64,000 nucleotides of DNA from Psilocybe cubensis (lineage: Eukaryota), in NCBI GenBank assembly GCA_017499595.2, contig CM038999.1, positions 2,666,001 through 2,730,000 of the forward strand, given 5' to 3'. Positions 1-11,351 of this stretch are shown piece after piece (position 1 is the first letter of the stretch; the number at the start of each line of letters is the position of its first letter). The notes beneath the pieces are model-generated. The model did not search any database and had not been told where the DNA came from. It worked only from the letters and a program-made list of their open reading frames with translations. Made by a program: the position numbers and the translations under genes.

Positions 1-940
1 ATTCCAACCAACTCTCTTGGCCCCGTTCGTTCTAAACAGTCCAACCGAGGAGCATCGGCTCCGTACGTGCGTGAACTTCCCTGCCCTTCAACATGGACGT
101 TTGTATGAACCTACATTTACTCAGAATCGCGCCAACCGTGCCCCCAGGGGAGACGTCGATTCACAGTGGTCGCATGATCTTTTTGAATCGCACAACTCAC
201 TTTCTGCGCGCCTAAATGTGACCCCGACCGCACCGAAAGCGAATCTGAATCCCATAGCTCAGAAAGCTATCCGCGATGCAACGACCGGATCGCGCACGGA
301 TTCTCTTTCTATCAAAGGCGCTGGTTCTATGGGTAATGTGGTGGAGGTAACTGGTTTGGTGGGGGGTACGACGGCAGAAGACGTTGCGGCTATCTTCAAG
401 CGCTGTGGTCAAATCACAGATCAAAAGTCTATGTCGAATAACAGAAACGACCCGAGGATCAGGATAACATTCAAAACTGCGGCCTCCGCAACCTCTGCGG
501 TCCAGAAATTTAACAATCAGCCTGCCGATGGTAAAATTCTGTCGGTGAAGATTGTGGGTGCGTCGGCTACTGGCACATCGTTGGGCGGTCGACTGGGTGG
601 AAGTGATGGGTTGGATATTGTAAGAGACGAGGGTAGTGTGGATGTTCTCATGAATACGGGCGAAGACACAGGCTCGTAAGTCCATACAGCGACATTTATA
701 TGAGACATCATGTTGATCATTCTCTATGGACGTAGAAAAATGCGTTCGGATTCTTTACTGAACTCTGACCCCCGAGCGCAGGTTTTACTGGCACCTCCGG
801 GCGCAGACCCTGCTGACTATACACAGACCCCCGAGACACGAGGCGGCGGACGACGAGGTGGTCGTGGCCGCGGCGGTGCACGAAGTGGCCGGGGCCGCAA
901 ACGCGGCGGAAACAACGGGGGGCGTATGGAAGTCGATTAG
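1..940 (+). CDS. RRM + RGG RNA-binding protein with WxHD motif (ALYREF/POLDIP3-like); 5' end probably outside window
   Basis: ORF 17-679 contains 'QWSHDLF' and an RRM (VEVTGL...DVAAIFKRCGQI...ITFKTAASATSAVQKFNNQPADGKILSV). Introns at about 63-125 and 676-735; last exon is RGG-rich and ends at TAG 940. Confidence 0.7.
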
Positions 941-1385
941 TTCTTCTTTCTTCTTCGTGCGGGTTTCGTTTCCTGCGATTTTAGTTTTTTTTTTCTGTAC
1001 TCGTCCTGATTTCCTGCTAATCGTCCCATTGAACTCGTATCCCAAGGTCCCTCTTTTAAAGAACACTTTTTCGTTATGTTATTATAGTCTGTACTGTTTG
1101 CCTCGTTCTTTGATGATATTCAGGTGGTTATACTGTCTAGTCGATGAGAGACAGAGCCGCTGGTGAATTGACGTGACAAATGCGTGATTGATCCAGAGTA
1201 ATTCTTTTTTTAGTAATACATAGCCAGGCATCAAAGTTTGGTTCACGCGTTCACCTCCAACGTTGACCACGTCTGCTGTGCACTCTTGCTATTGCCTTCA
1301 TCGTCGGACTCATCCCCGGCCCAGTAGACCTTTTCTTTCCCTTTAATTCTCACATCTATATTCTTGCAAAACATCTAAAGCAATC

Positions 1386-2093
1386 ATGTCTGGTCAGTCC
1401 GTCTTTCCTGCAGCTTCTACCCTCTCAGACTCCACATTACGTAGACTCATGCAATTCGCACAACAGGCTGGCTGTTTCTCTTTGCTGTGCTGTATGCAGC
1501 TGCTCTCCTCTTTGGAATGGTCTTTTTCGTGAGTCCATAACTCCCCCTCGTGTATTGTCATTGTTGCTCAGGTCTTGGCAGATCATCATGTACTCCGACC
1601 TTGAAAGCGACTACATAAACCCTATTGATTTCTGTAACAAACTCAACCAAGTATGTTGCTGTCGCCTTGGTCAGACGGGCATTTCCTGAACATATTCGCT
1701 GTACAGTTTGTTATCCCTGAATATGCTGCGCATGCTTTCCTTGCTTTGCTCTTTCTCCTTACTGGCCAATGGGCATCTCTTTTGTGGAATGTACCTTTGT
1801 TGGCGTACAACATTAACAAGTGAGTGCCTCTGTCGTCTGCAGTACCAACAGTTTCAAATATTTTCGCAGAGTTGTTAACAAGGCGCACATGTACGACGCG
1901 ACCGAGATCTTCCGCACCCTCCCTCAACATCAAAAGGAGGCGTATTTCAAGACCGCATTTTACCTCCTATCTTTCTTTTTCTACCTGTACAAGTGCGTAT
2001 AGACGTGCATCGTTTCTGTTATGCAGACATGCAACTGACAATCCATATTTCCACAGGATGATTGTCTCTTTCATTGCCGAAGGCGACGCTTGA
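1386..2093 (+). CDS. ERV14: Cornichon/Erv14 ER cargo receptor, paralog 1
   Basis: Exons 1386-1392, 1467-1528, 1582-1650, 1707-1819, 1870-1992, 2057-2093 give MSGWLFLFAV...SDLESDYINPIDFCNKLNQ...YDATEIFRTL...FYLLSFFFYLYKMI. Confidence 0.93.
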
Positions 2094-2652
2094 TCTACTA
2101 CGATACCTATGACTACGACACTCTAATGAGCAGGGGTCTACACCCTATGTGAAATGAAGATGGGGAGAAATTGGCAAAGTCCATTTTTGATAAATAACGC
2201 GCTGTTAGAAAAAAAAATGGGCGAATAGAATCTATCTATTGGATATCTGCTTGAATTCTGGCGATCCGGTCTTGGACCACGTGTTTGAGAATGCCTATTG
2301 CTTCAGAAGCCTCGAGTCGACGGGTTCTGTCCCTGAAGAAGGAGACCGGTCTAGCAATAAGATGACAGTAACACTAGTGTGAATGCTTTGAAAACCAGAA
2401 CCATTGCGCGTCAGTTGGGGTGCAGGATCACGTGTGAGCGGCACTAGCAGCGTCACCACCTGAGGTGGCTGGCACATAGTCTCGGCCAAAGTTGCTCTTC
2501 TTCATTTCGAGCGATCTCCCGTTTCTCTGACTTGCAAGCCTTTTGCCTAGTCCCCGGTGTCGGCTCTTTCGTGTTTGTTAACGAATTTGCAGAAGACTCA
2601 CGACATAAATCATGGGTGGAGCAGGTGCGTGGCAGCGCCCAGTCTGATGGCC

Positions 2653-3395
2653 ATGTCAACTAACAGTCAGCTCGTTCGCATTTCTCTCTTGTTCTGTGCC
2701 CATGACGCGCGTATCTCTCGTTGTCGCGACATGACTCGACTGCATATTACGAATCTGGCGTTCTGGACGTTGGGTGGATTGTGGACTCAGGCTGGTTGTT
2801 CTTGTTTGCGGTCCTCATGGCCGCTGGTCTTTTGTTTTGCATGGTGTTCTTTGTGAGTGCTATCTTCCTGTCGACAGTGGACGGGGCTGAAGACGTTGTG
2901 TTTGAATAGATCATAATGTTCTCTGATTTGGAGTGCGACTATATTAACCCTATCGACCTGTGCAACAAACTAAACCAAGTGAGTTGGTCGGTCTGTATGG
3001 GTGTGGTGAGGCTGATTGTGTGCAGTTTGTTCTCCCCGAGATTGGTGCACATACAAGTCTGGCTACATTATTCCTGCTTTCTGGCCAATGGATTGCTTTC
3101 TTGCTCAACGCTCCACTGGTTGTTTACAATGTCCACAAGTAATGTCATACGCATGTGTGCATCGGAATGGCGCTGATTCCCTTTGTAGAGTTCAAACCAG
3201 GGGGCATATGTACGATGCGACAGAGATATTCCGCTCATTATCAAGACACAAGCAGGAGACATTTATCAAGCTTGGATTTTACTTGCTGTCGTTCTTCTAC
3301 TACCTGTATAGGTGCGTCGAGCCACTGGCTTCGGTGGGAATATCGCTGACGGGAAGTGCAGAATGATTGTTGCTTTGATTGCAGAAAGCGAATAG
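2653..3395 (+). CDS. ERV14: Cornichon/Erv14 ER cargo receptor, paralog 2 (tandem)
   Basis: Spliced product ..WLFLFAVLMAAGLLFCMVFF-IIMFSDLECDYINPIDLCNKLNQ...YDATEIFRSL...FYYLYRMIVALIAESE*. Same intron positions as paralog 1; first exon (ATG 2653) is inferred. Confidence 0.9.
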
Positions 3396-3899
3396 ACATA
3401 TATTCCACGGAGGGATCTGATCTACATACAGTAGTTGTTTTATGCAATTGATGTAAACGAGATGTACGGAACCACCGACCCATCCTCTCTCAACCAATTC
3501 CAAGAGACGACAGTGGGTGCTGAGACGTCCGGTTTTTCAGGACACGGCCTGACACTCGAACAACCGCGTAGACAATCCAACAGTGTGGAATGGACGGTCA
3601 TGAGCAACATGGGGAAGATTATGGCCGTGCCGCCGCACAAGTTTTTCATTTGCCTCGACGCTCGTTTTTATACCTACTGCCCGTGAGAATATTTAGGGCA
3701 GGTCACATGCACTTGTAAATCTCCATTGAGCTTCAGCATCTGCATGCCCTCTGTTCTCCTGATACAGCTTCTTCCATGCTCGTCTGCTTTGTCCGCCAGC
3801 GCATACTGTGTGTGTCGTGTGGTCTGTTTGCATAAATATCAGTTCTTGTAATATGCAAGTTCATATTCCGCTACCGGATATCTCTTGGTACTTCCTTCC

Positions 3900-4967
3900 A
3901 TGTCGCTCTATCTCTGTGTAGATTGTGGCGGATCAAAGACAGCAGTCGTTATCTGCAATCCAGTTGGCACTATCGTTGGTAGAGCTACCGGTGGTCCATC
4001 CAACATCGCATATCTTACCCCTCAGTCTTTCAACAAGACCGTGAAAGCCGCTGTCATTGCCGCTCTTCAAATCGCCCTTCCCGATTCTCCAGACGTCTCC
4101 CTCCCCGTTGTTGGAAAAAGTCCTTTCCATGCAGCCTGGTTTGGTGTCTCCGGAGCAGACTCGCCAGCAGCTATCGCTCGCATCGCCGCCCCTCTTTCAG
4201 AACTGCTTGGCTTGCCTCTGGGCCCCAAGTTGGTTATCGCAAACGACACCCATCTGTTGGCTGCCCCAATTCGCATGTACTCCGATGTCACCCACGCAGT
4301 TGCTGTCATCGCAGGTACAGGATCCATCACCGTTAGCTTCACAGAAGTCGACGGCAAGATCGAAGAGCTCGGTCGCGTCGGGGGCTGGGGTTGGATTCTG
4401 GGGGACGAAGGCGGTGGATACGATGTGGGCCGTCAAGCATTGCGACAGATTCTATTGGCGAATGACAAGTCATCCATTACGGGCGTTCCGTTACCCAAAA
4501 GCATGCTCATAGATCGCGTTTTGGAGATATTCGGTGCGACCACGGTATTGGAGATATTGACAGGGGTCTATCTACCCGATCCCCCGCCGGGTCAGACCAA
4601 TCCAACTGGTGAAACAAATGAACACCTCGAACGAGAGAAACGTATATCGACCCTGTCTCCTATTGTCTTCGAGGCCGCTTTCAAGCACCATGACCCCCTT
4701 GCTATGGACGTCGTGAAGGCCACAGCCAGTCATTTAGTAGCTCAGATCGCTTTGCTCCTCGGAGACGGTGTTGAATCATCTGCTCGTACTGTTAAAGCAT
4801 CTGAGAGTGTAATATCATTTGGCGGCTCTTTGGTTGGAGTCGAGGCTTATAGGCAATTGATTCTCACCGACCTTGCTCAACGGGGTCATGTTTTCAAGCG
4901 ATCCATTGTTATAGACGATGCTGCAGCTATTGGCGGAACTGCGTTGGCAGCTGCATTTACAGATTAA
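3900..4967 (+). CDS. BadF/BadG/BcrA/BcrD ATPase family, N-acetylglucosamine kinase-like
   Basis: Intronless ORF with VDCGGSKT, NDTHLL, IAGTGSI and GGWGWILGDEGGG motifs of NAGK-type ASKHA kinases. Confidence 0.88.
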   Translation: MSLYLCVDCGGSKTAVVICNPVGTIVGRATGGPSNIAYLTPQSFNKTVKAAVIAALQIALPDSPDVSLPVVGKSPFHAAWFGVSGADSPAAIARIAAPLSELLGLPLGPKLVIANDTHLLAAPIRMYSDVTHAVAVIAGTGSITVSFTEVDGKIEELGRVGGWGWILGDEGGGYDVGRQALRQILLANDKSSITGVPLPKSMLIDRVLEIFGATTVLEILTGVYLPDPPPGQTNPTGETNEHLEREKRISTLSPIVFEAAFKHHDPLAMDVVKATASHLVAQIALLLGDGVESSARTVKASESVISFGGSLVGVEAYRQLILTDLAQRGHVFKRSIVIDDAAAIGGTALAAAFTD

Positions 4968-5184
4968 TTTTTCAATTTTTATATACATCTACAAACTAGT
5001 TGTACAATTTTTATTGAATGTTTAGTTTGCGTTCCAGAATGAATCCAATAAAATTACATCATGTGGTTCGAAACTGTGACGCTCCTTGAACCGCTACCAC
5101 CAACATCATTTCTGTCTCTCGGAATCGGTCCTTTGCAGGCTTTCTTCTCTCCTCTTGTTCTGTATTTTTCGGCGTGTTAAAAAC

Positions 5185-6925
5185 ATGACTTGTTTGAGGC
5201 GATTTATGCTGAAAATTGCACAATTCTGTGGTTGTTTCTTTGTGTCTATGTCAGTGGTTTATACGACAAACTTGCTTTTTTTCTCTCCTCTTTCCTCCCT
5301 CACTTCAAGTATTCTGCGCTTTCTACTGTCTAATCCAGGATATACGCATCCTCGAGATATATATGCTCATTCTGGGCGGCAAATCTCAGATATTTCTCAA
5401 GGCGACTCGATGTATCCTGACTTTCTGTCTGATCGTGCTGGTAGCGCTTTCTCCTGGGAGTCGAGTAAATTCACTCTTGAAAACGGGCTTGGGCATTCTG
5501 ACTCTGTGTATGTCGATGAGAAACTGGTCCTTTCGAAAGTTTTTGCAAATTCTATGCGGCCCTCGAATATCAGGCCCTACTTTTATCGTGCCAAAGGATC
5601 CTTTGAAAAAGATGACATCACGATTACGACGCTCATCACCAGTAATCGATTCAAGGTCTTTGCCAGATTAGTCGAGAAGTATCGAGGTGAGTTCTATGGC
5701 ACGTTCGTTTTGTAGCACATGTTTGACCATTAGTACAGGTCCCATTTCTGTCACTGTCCATGTTAAGGATGTTGCCGAGCACGTTGAAGCTGTATTGGAG
5801 TCTCTGCGCGACATGTACATATCGTCCCAAACGATGATGACTTTTGTAGATGTACACTTGGTTGTCGACGCATTCGATCGCCAGTTTAACACCTGGCGAA
5901 ATATTGCTCGTCTGTTCGCAAGAACCGACTTTGTGATGATGCTGGACATTGACTTCTACCCTTGCACGGACTTTAGATCGGTCATTAGGCGTAGCTCAAC
6001 AATCTCAGATAAGCTATATGCGGGAAGGGCTGCACTTGTGGTTCCTGCTTTTGAATATGTTGATTTCCATGAAGGCACCAATTATGCCGCGTTTCCGACC
6101 AAGAAAATGGTTAGTCTCTTGCTGTATTGTTTCCAGATGGCTAGAGCTAAGGAACCTTAGGATCTTCTTCATTTAGTCAATAATCATCGCATCGACATGT
6201 TCCATGCTTCTTGGGCCCCTGGTCACAATAGCACGGACTATAATCACTTCTACTCTGCCCCTTCCGGTGAGGTGTACAAAGTAACTCGTTACCAATCAGC
6301 ATATGAGCCTTATGTTATCTTCAAGAAGGATGGGCCGCCATGGCAAGTCCGAAACACCAGTCCTTTTTTTCTAAAAAAAAATAATGACGCTAACTGAACC
6401 TCGGCGGTGTAGGTGTGATGAGCGCTTCGTCGGATATGGAGGAAACAAGGCGGCTTGCCTTTTCGAGATGTATCTAGCTGGTGTCTCGTTTTATGTACTC
6501 GCCGACCATTTTATCGTCCACCAGAACCATCTATATGAAGAAAATGCCCGCAAGAATGAGGTAGGGCTGCTACTATTTCCTGGTCCTATCAATGATACTC
6601 AGTTCCGCCACAAAAAGCGCAGGCGAAATCGTAAACTGTATGCGGATTTCAAGGAAGAGTCATGTTTACGGTGAGGTTAAATAATGCATTATACTGTTAT
6701 GTTGCTGAATGAAATTATAGGTATTTGAAAAGTTATCATGATCTCAACATGCTCCGCTCAGATCTCGCGGAGAACGCATTGGCTGAGTGCAGGAAGCTCA
6801 AGTCTGTCGTCCGAGCCGTCCCAAAGGTATGTTGCAGTTCTTTGACACTATCATTCACCGTAGGCTGTAAATAACTCTTATCATTATAGTACTTTCAAAG
6901 CCACACAGAAGGTGTTATACCCTAA
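5185..6925 (+). CDS. Glycosyltransferase family 49 (LARGE/B4GAT1-like), type II membrane
   Basis: N-terminal TM segment; motifs NTWRNIARL, DID (DxD), ALVVPAFE, YEPYVI and WCDERFVGYGGNKAAC. Includes a GC-AG intron at 6343-6412; last exon is uncertain. Confidence 0.85.
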
Positions 6926-7744
6926 GTGCGAGGTCCGGTCTCTAGTTCGTTTCCATCTTCTCCCATGTTCAACTTGAATGCAAGGAAAAGGCAATCAGAT
7001 ATACAATTACTTGTTGAACATGCTTTGTTGTTTTACTATGTCTTTGTTTCCTTTACACAAATTAGGCTCGTTTCCGGGAAAATAGGTCTTTAATCAGTCT
7101 GAGATCATACACCTTATGTTCGTTGTCCTCGGATTTTTGGGCCAATCTCATGGGGTCAACATCGCATTGCACCATTCGCTCAAGTTTTATGATATCCGCA
7201 TCCGTTCACGCTTCGAAATTTTAGGTTGTTTTTCTTCGAAGTGAACAAAGTAGGAGCGTGTCGAACAAGCAGCTAATTTGGAATGCATTAGCGTCGAAGC
7301 CGGTCACAAAAAGCGTGGATTTCGTTACCTGAACCGATTTTATACACTCATGAAAGCATTTGTTCTTTTTTTGTAATCTTGGTTCTCTACGTATTCCCTG
7401 AAATAAAAATACGCCACACCATCCCCGCCCTTCCACGAATGCGCTGTACGCAGTCAGGTGAGAGAGAGGTTTGCCAAGCACCATGATGATAGCGGAGGGG
7501 GACCCACTGAAATGAGCTCCGGCCGGAAGGGATACATAGACCTGGCGGCCCGGATGGACGCCCTTTTCTGCAACTCAACGCCTCAGCTGGCCCTGCTTCT
7601 ACTTCTTTCCTCCCTGGTTAATTGCGGGAACATCTCATACCGGGCGTCATACAAATACCCGATTTTCTATCTGTTCAGCTACTTAAACAGCCTATCAACT
7701 ATATCACATTCGTTTACACGCCCCTTTTACTCACTTCACAATCT

Positions 7745-9022
7745 ATGGCACCACGCGTTTTAATCTGCAGTGAGTCGTTATCTTGCTTGCTCTTTGAGCT
7801 TGATAGACAGTTATATGATAACAGGTACCATTGTGTGGGCACATGAAGACGTCGAGCGTCTGCTGGGTGACATTGCTGAAGTAGTTGTATGTGCATCACC
7901 CCTCTCAGCTTCGTCAGGGTGCCATTGATTTTCGGACGTAGTACGTGGATTCTCCCGATCGAAAATCATTCTTGGCAGAGTTCGGGCCTGGGGGAAAGTA
8001 TCACAATACAGTAGGCATATACAGGGAAAACGAGTCCTCCAAAAAGCTAGGTGTCTTCGACAAGGAACTCATAGATGGTCTGCCGTCCTCTGTACGATGG
8101 ATTGCACATAATGGCGCCGGATACGATCCCGTGGATGTCCATGCGTGTAAAGCGAGGGGTACGTGCGAACTTCTCCTTCCCCGACCCGCATAACTGACTG
8201 CGTCCTTTCTTTATTCATTTAAAAACGGAACAGGAATTTACCTTTCCAACACTCCGGGAGCTGTAGATGACGCCACAGCAACGACTGCGTTGTATCTTCT
8301 TATTTCCACACTTCGCCAGTATTCAGTGGCGGAGCGGTCTTTGCGGGAGTTGAAGTGGAAGCCGCAAGGGCTCAACAAGCGCACTCATGATGTGACTGGA
8401 AAAACATTGGGCATCTTGGGGCTCGGTGGCATTGGCACGCGTCTCGCGGTTCTCGCGCACGCCTTTCCCATGCGTGTAATCTACCATTCTCGCCATAAGA
8501 GCCCCAATGCACCAGAGTTTTGCGAGTACTTTGAGAATGTCGAGGAGATGCTGGCTCAGACTGATGTGCTAAGCGTGCACGTCCCTTTGCGACAAGAAAC
8601 GATTGGTCTCGTCGGCGAGAAATGGATCAGAGCATTGAAACCAGGCGCCATTATTATCAACACCGCTCGCGGGAAAGTCATTGACGAGGAAGCTATGATT
8701 CGGGCCCTGGAAGACGGACATGTTAGTGACGAATCTCTTAAAAATATATGGTACCAAAGCTGAACCTTATTTCACATATTAGCTGGCTGCTGCAGGTTTG
8801 GATGTATTCCCCAATGAGCCCGAGGTCAATCCACGTCTCCTCGAATTCCCACAAGTGACTCTCCTGCCGCACATGGGAACTGAAAACCAGGACACCCAGC
8901 GGCAGATGGAAGTGCGCGCCTTGACAAACCTCCGGGATTTCTTGAACACGGGAATGGGCAAGGATTTGGTGATCGAGTTCAAGGCACCACAGGGTGAAAC
9001 AAAGGTGAAGCAGAAATTGTAG
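7745..9022 (+). CDS. D-isomer-specific 2-hydroxyacid dehydrogenase (glyoxylate/hydroxypyruvate reductase-like)
   Basis: Motifs HNGAGYD, GILGLGGIG, INTARG, GLDVFPNEP and LLPHMG; multi-exon; ends KQKL*. Confidence 0.92.
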
Positions 9023-9610
9023 TGAACCTTCAGTCGAGGGCTGATTTCTTGGGATATTTTACAAAGGAGTAGTAATTTATAGTAGAATGAAAAATAATGC
9101 AATACATGTTTCTTTATGCCCAGAATTATGACTGAAGATGCGCGAACATTAATTCCCCTGACCTATGTATTGCTCACGGCATCATGAAGAGAGCGAGGAC
9201 GGCAACAAGAGGAGTTTATCCACGAGGTTTCCTCGAGGCAGATGGTCTGCTTCATTTATATGTTGTTCATCATGGAGGCATTTCTGGCTTGGATTGCTGC
9301 CATCGTTGATTCTTCGAACCATTAGGGAAAGGCGGAAGAATTCATTGGACCAAGGTTACATCGTTATGCCGGCCAATCAAAGTCCAATGAGCGACACAAC
9401 GGAGGTCCAATCGGGTATTTCTGCCACTATCTTTGAGCTGTGAGCCGTCGTATACACAGCCATCTAGCTTCTGACAGTGTTTCCTGATTTTGTTTGTTAT
9501 CAGTCAAGAGGCGTTCACTGCGCTGAGCAGCTGTACCACTGAATTTGCAAATTTTCATCCAAAATCTGTGCGATATTTGCGTTAGTTTTGTTTTAGGGTA
9601 TAGCTGAACC

Positions 9611-10411
9611 ATGACGCCCAGGACTCGACCCAACGGGAGATAGAAGCGTGCAGCCGAAGAATCCTTGAACACGATCGCGAGATGAAAGGATTGTTGGACA
9701 AAACGAAATCAGAACTTGTGGATGATATCAAGCGTGCCGCTGAGGCATCAGTAAGGTAAGATGTCTTATTCGCTGATGTTGTGTGTGTGAGAGAGAACCA
9801 AATCGTCGCAGAGCCAAAATTGTAAATTTGGTCCGACAAGAAGTGATGCGGCAGGTCAAAGAACAAGTTGATGAACAAATCAAGGAGCATCTGCCAGAAA
9901 GTTTGCAGCAGCAGGCAGATGAGGGTAAGCGACAAGTTGAAGAGATGAAAATTTCCCTGCGAAATTCGTGAGGATTTCGTTACGTGCTGTCGGATCCTTT
10001 TCACCCCGGCTGAACTGATTTGGCAGTGAAGCGAGGATACAGAACTCGTTTATCCAAACCAATGGTCTCATGGATCCTTTGGCACCTATTTTAATGACGA
10101 GTGGACAAAAGAGCCCGTTGTATCCGTCAAATGCATGGTCCTTATTGCACTATGATTGTGAGTCCTCTTTCTGCTTGTTATGCGTGGGTTTTTTGATTGA
10201 GGAAAACATAGTAGAATCGGCGAAGGGCTTGAACAGGCACTATGAACTCACGGCGACGGAGGACTTGCACACGAATATCAGTCATTTTTTGAAACATATA
10301 GGTAAGAAAAAGCGTACACAACGCCGTCAGTTTTACCTAAATCATGGATTGACAAGTGACAATGACATAGGCACGGGCATCGATATCCCAGTTTCTGAGG
10401 CTGCGGGATAA
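9611..10411 (+). CDS. Hypothetical coiled-coil protein
   Basis: ATG 9611; exons linked by GT-AG introns (donors near 9756, 9968, 10158, 10301); heptad-like VRQEVMRQVKEQVDEQIKEHLPESLQQQ segment. Confidence 0.6.
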
Positions 10412-10761
10412 CCTTGAGCGCAGATTCCTGTTTATAAGTATATTCAAAGTCGATATTGAACCCAGTTATGAAGAAATTTGCTAGAAATAAAATCAGTTCT
10501 TTGTTGATTCCAAGGCGCAGTCACACATATCCGCGAATAGGACTCACCAGGGTGGCGTATAAATAGATTGACCCGTGAGTGCCCTCTAAACGCGCCAACA
10601 ATCAAAGCAACACGAAATACGACATGTGGAAGAGACAAGCTAGGCTTCGATGGACTCTATAATCTGGGTTTGATCTCAGATCAAAATGAAGAGCAAAAGG
10701 GGGCGCGTGCATTCAAAATCAAGGGCTTGGGCTTAGTGAAGGTTCTCCCAGTCCGTAATCG

Positions 10762-11231
10762 ATGTCTATCCAGTCGCAACCGCCAAACACACGAGGTGGA
10801 TTGTCCCGAAGAGACTCTACTGGGAGGACGAGTCCCGAGTCTATCCATGGCCTTGCCAATTCGTCAAATATGTTCGCAGCAGGGATAGGGGAAGCCCTGC
10901 AGGCATTCCTTGCGACGGCAAAAGCGCCGAACGCAAGACCGATAACTGTTGAATTTGGAAGCCGTGTGATGGCTGTTGGGAGGCAGAGGATGCTAGCCAT
11001 GAACGGAAGGGTGAGTGCACAGTATACCCTGGAGAAGATTGTAGTTGCTGAGACAGAGGCATGTAGAATGCGCTCCTGTACATGAAGAGCAAGTTCGGGC
11101 TGCTGAACTCTACGACAGCGTTGTACCTGCAGGCAACGTTCGAAGGGGACGAGGAACGGTTTGTAGAGGTAGACCTAGACTCTTGGGAGGAGCTGGTTGT
11201 GTACATGCAGCGACTACGAATTATTACCTGA
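10762..11231 (+). CDS. Hypothetical small protein
   Basis: Exon 10762-11010, intron GTGAGT..TAG 11011-11066, then exon NALLYMKSKFGLLNSTTALYLQATFEGDEERFVEVDLDSWEELVVYMQRLRIIT*. Confidence 0.65.
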
Positions 11232-11351
11232 GTAGCACAAGAGAATGGATATGAATGAGCACGTGCTTTGTCAGTGTGCGTCGTCGCTAAGTACTTGAAC
11301 TTGAACAAAACACTTTCTCTTCGCTTCCTCAAGCTCGCCCGCCACCATTAT

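Noticed and set aside
7485-7512. C/D-box-like ATGATGA...CTGA
   Set aside because: Too short, no terminal stem, and no rRNA-complementary guide I can identify.
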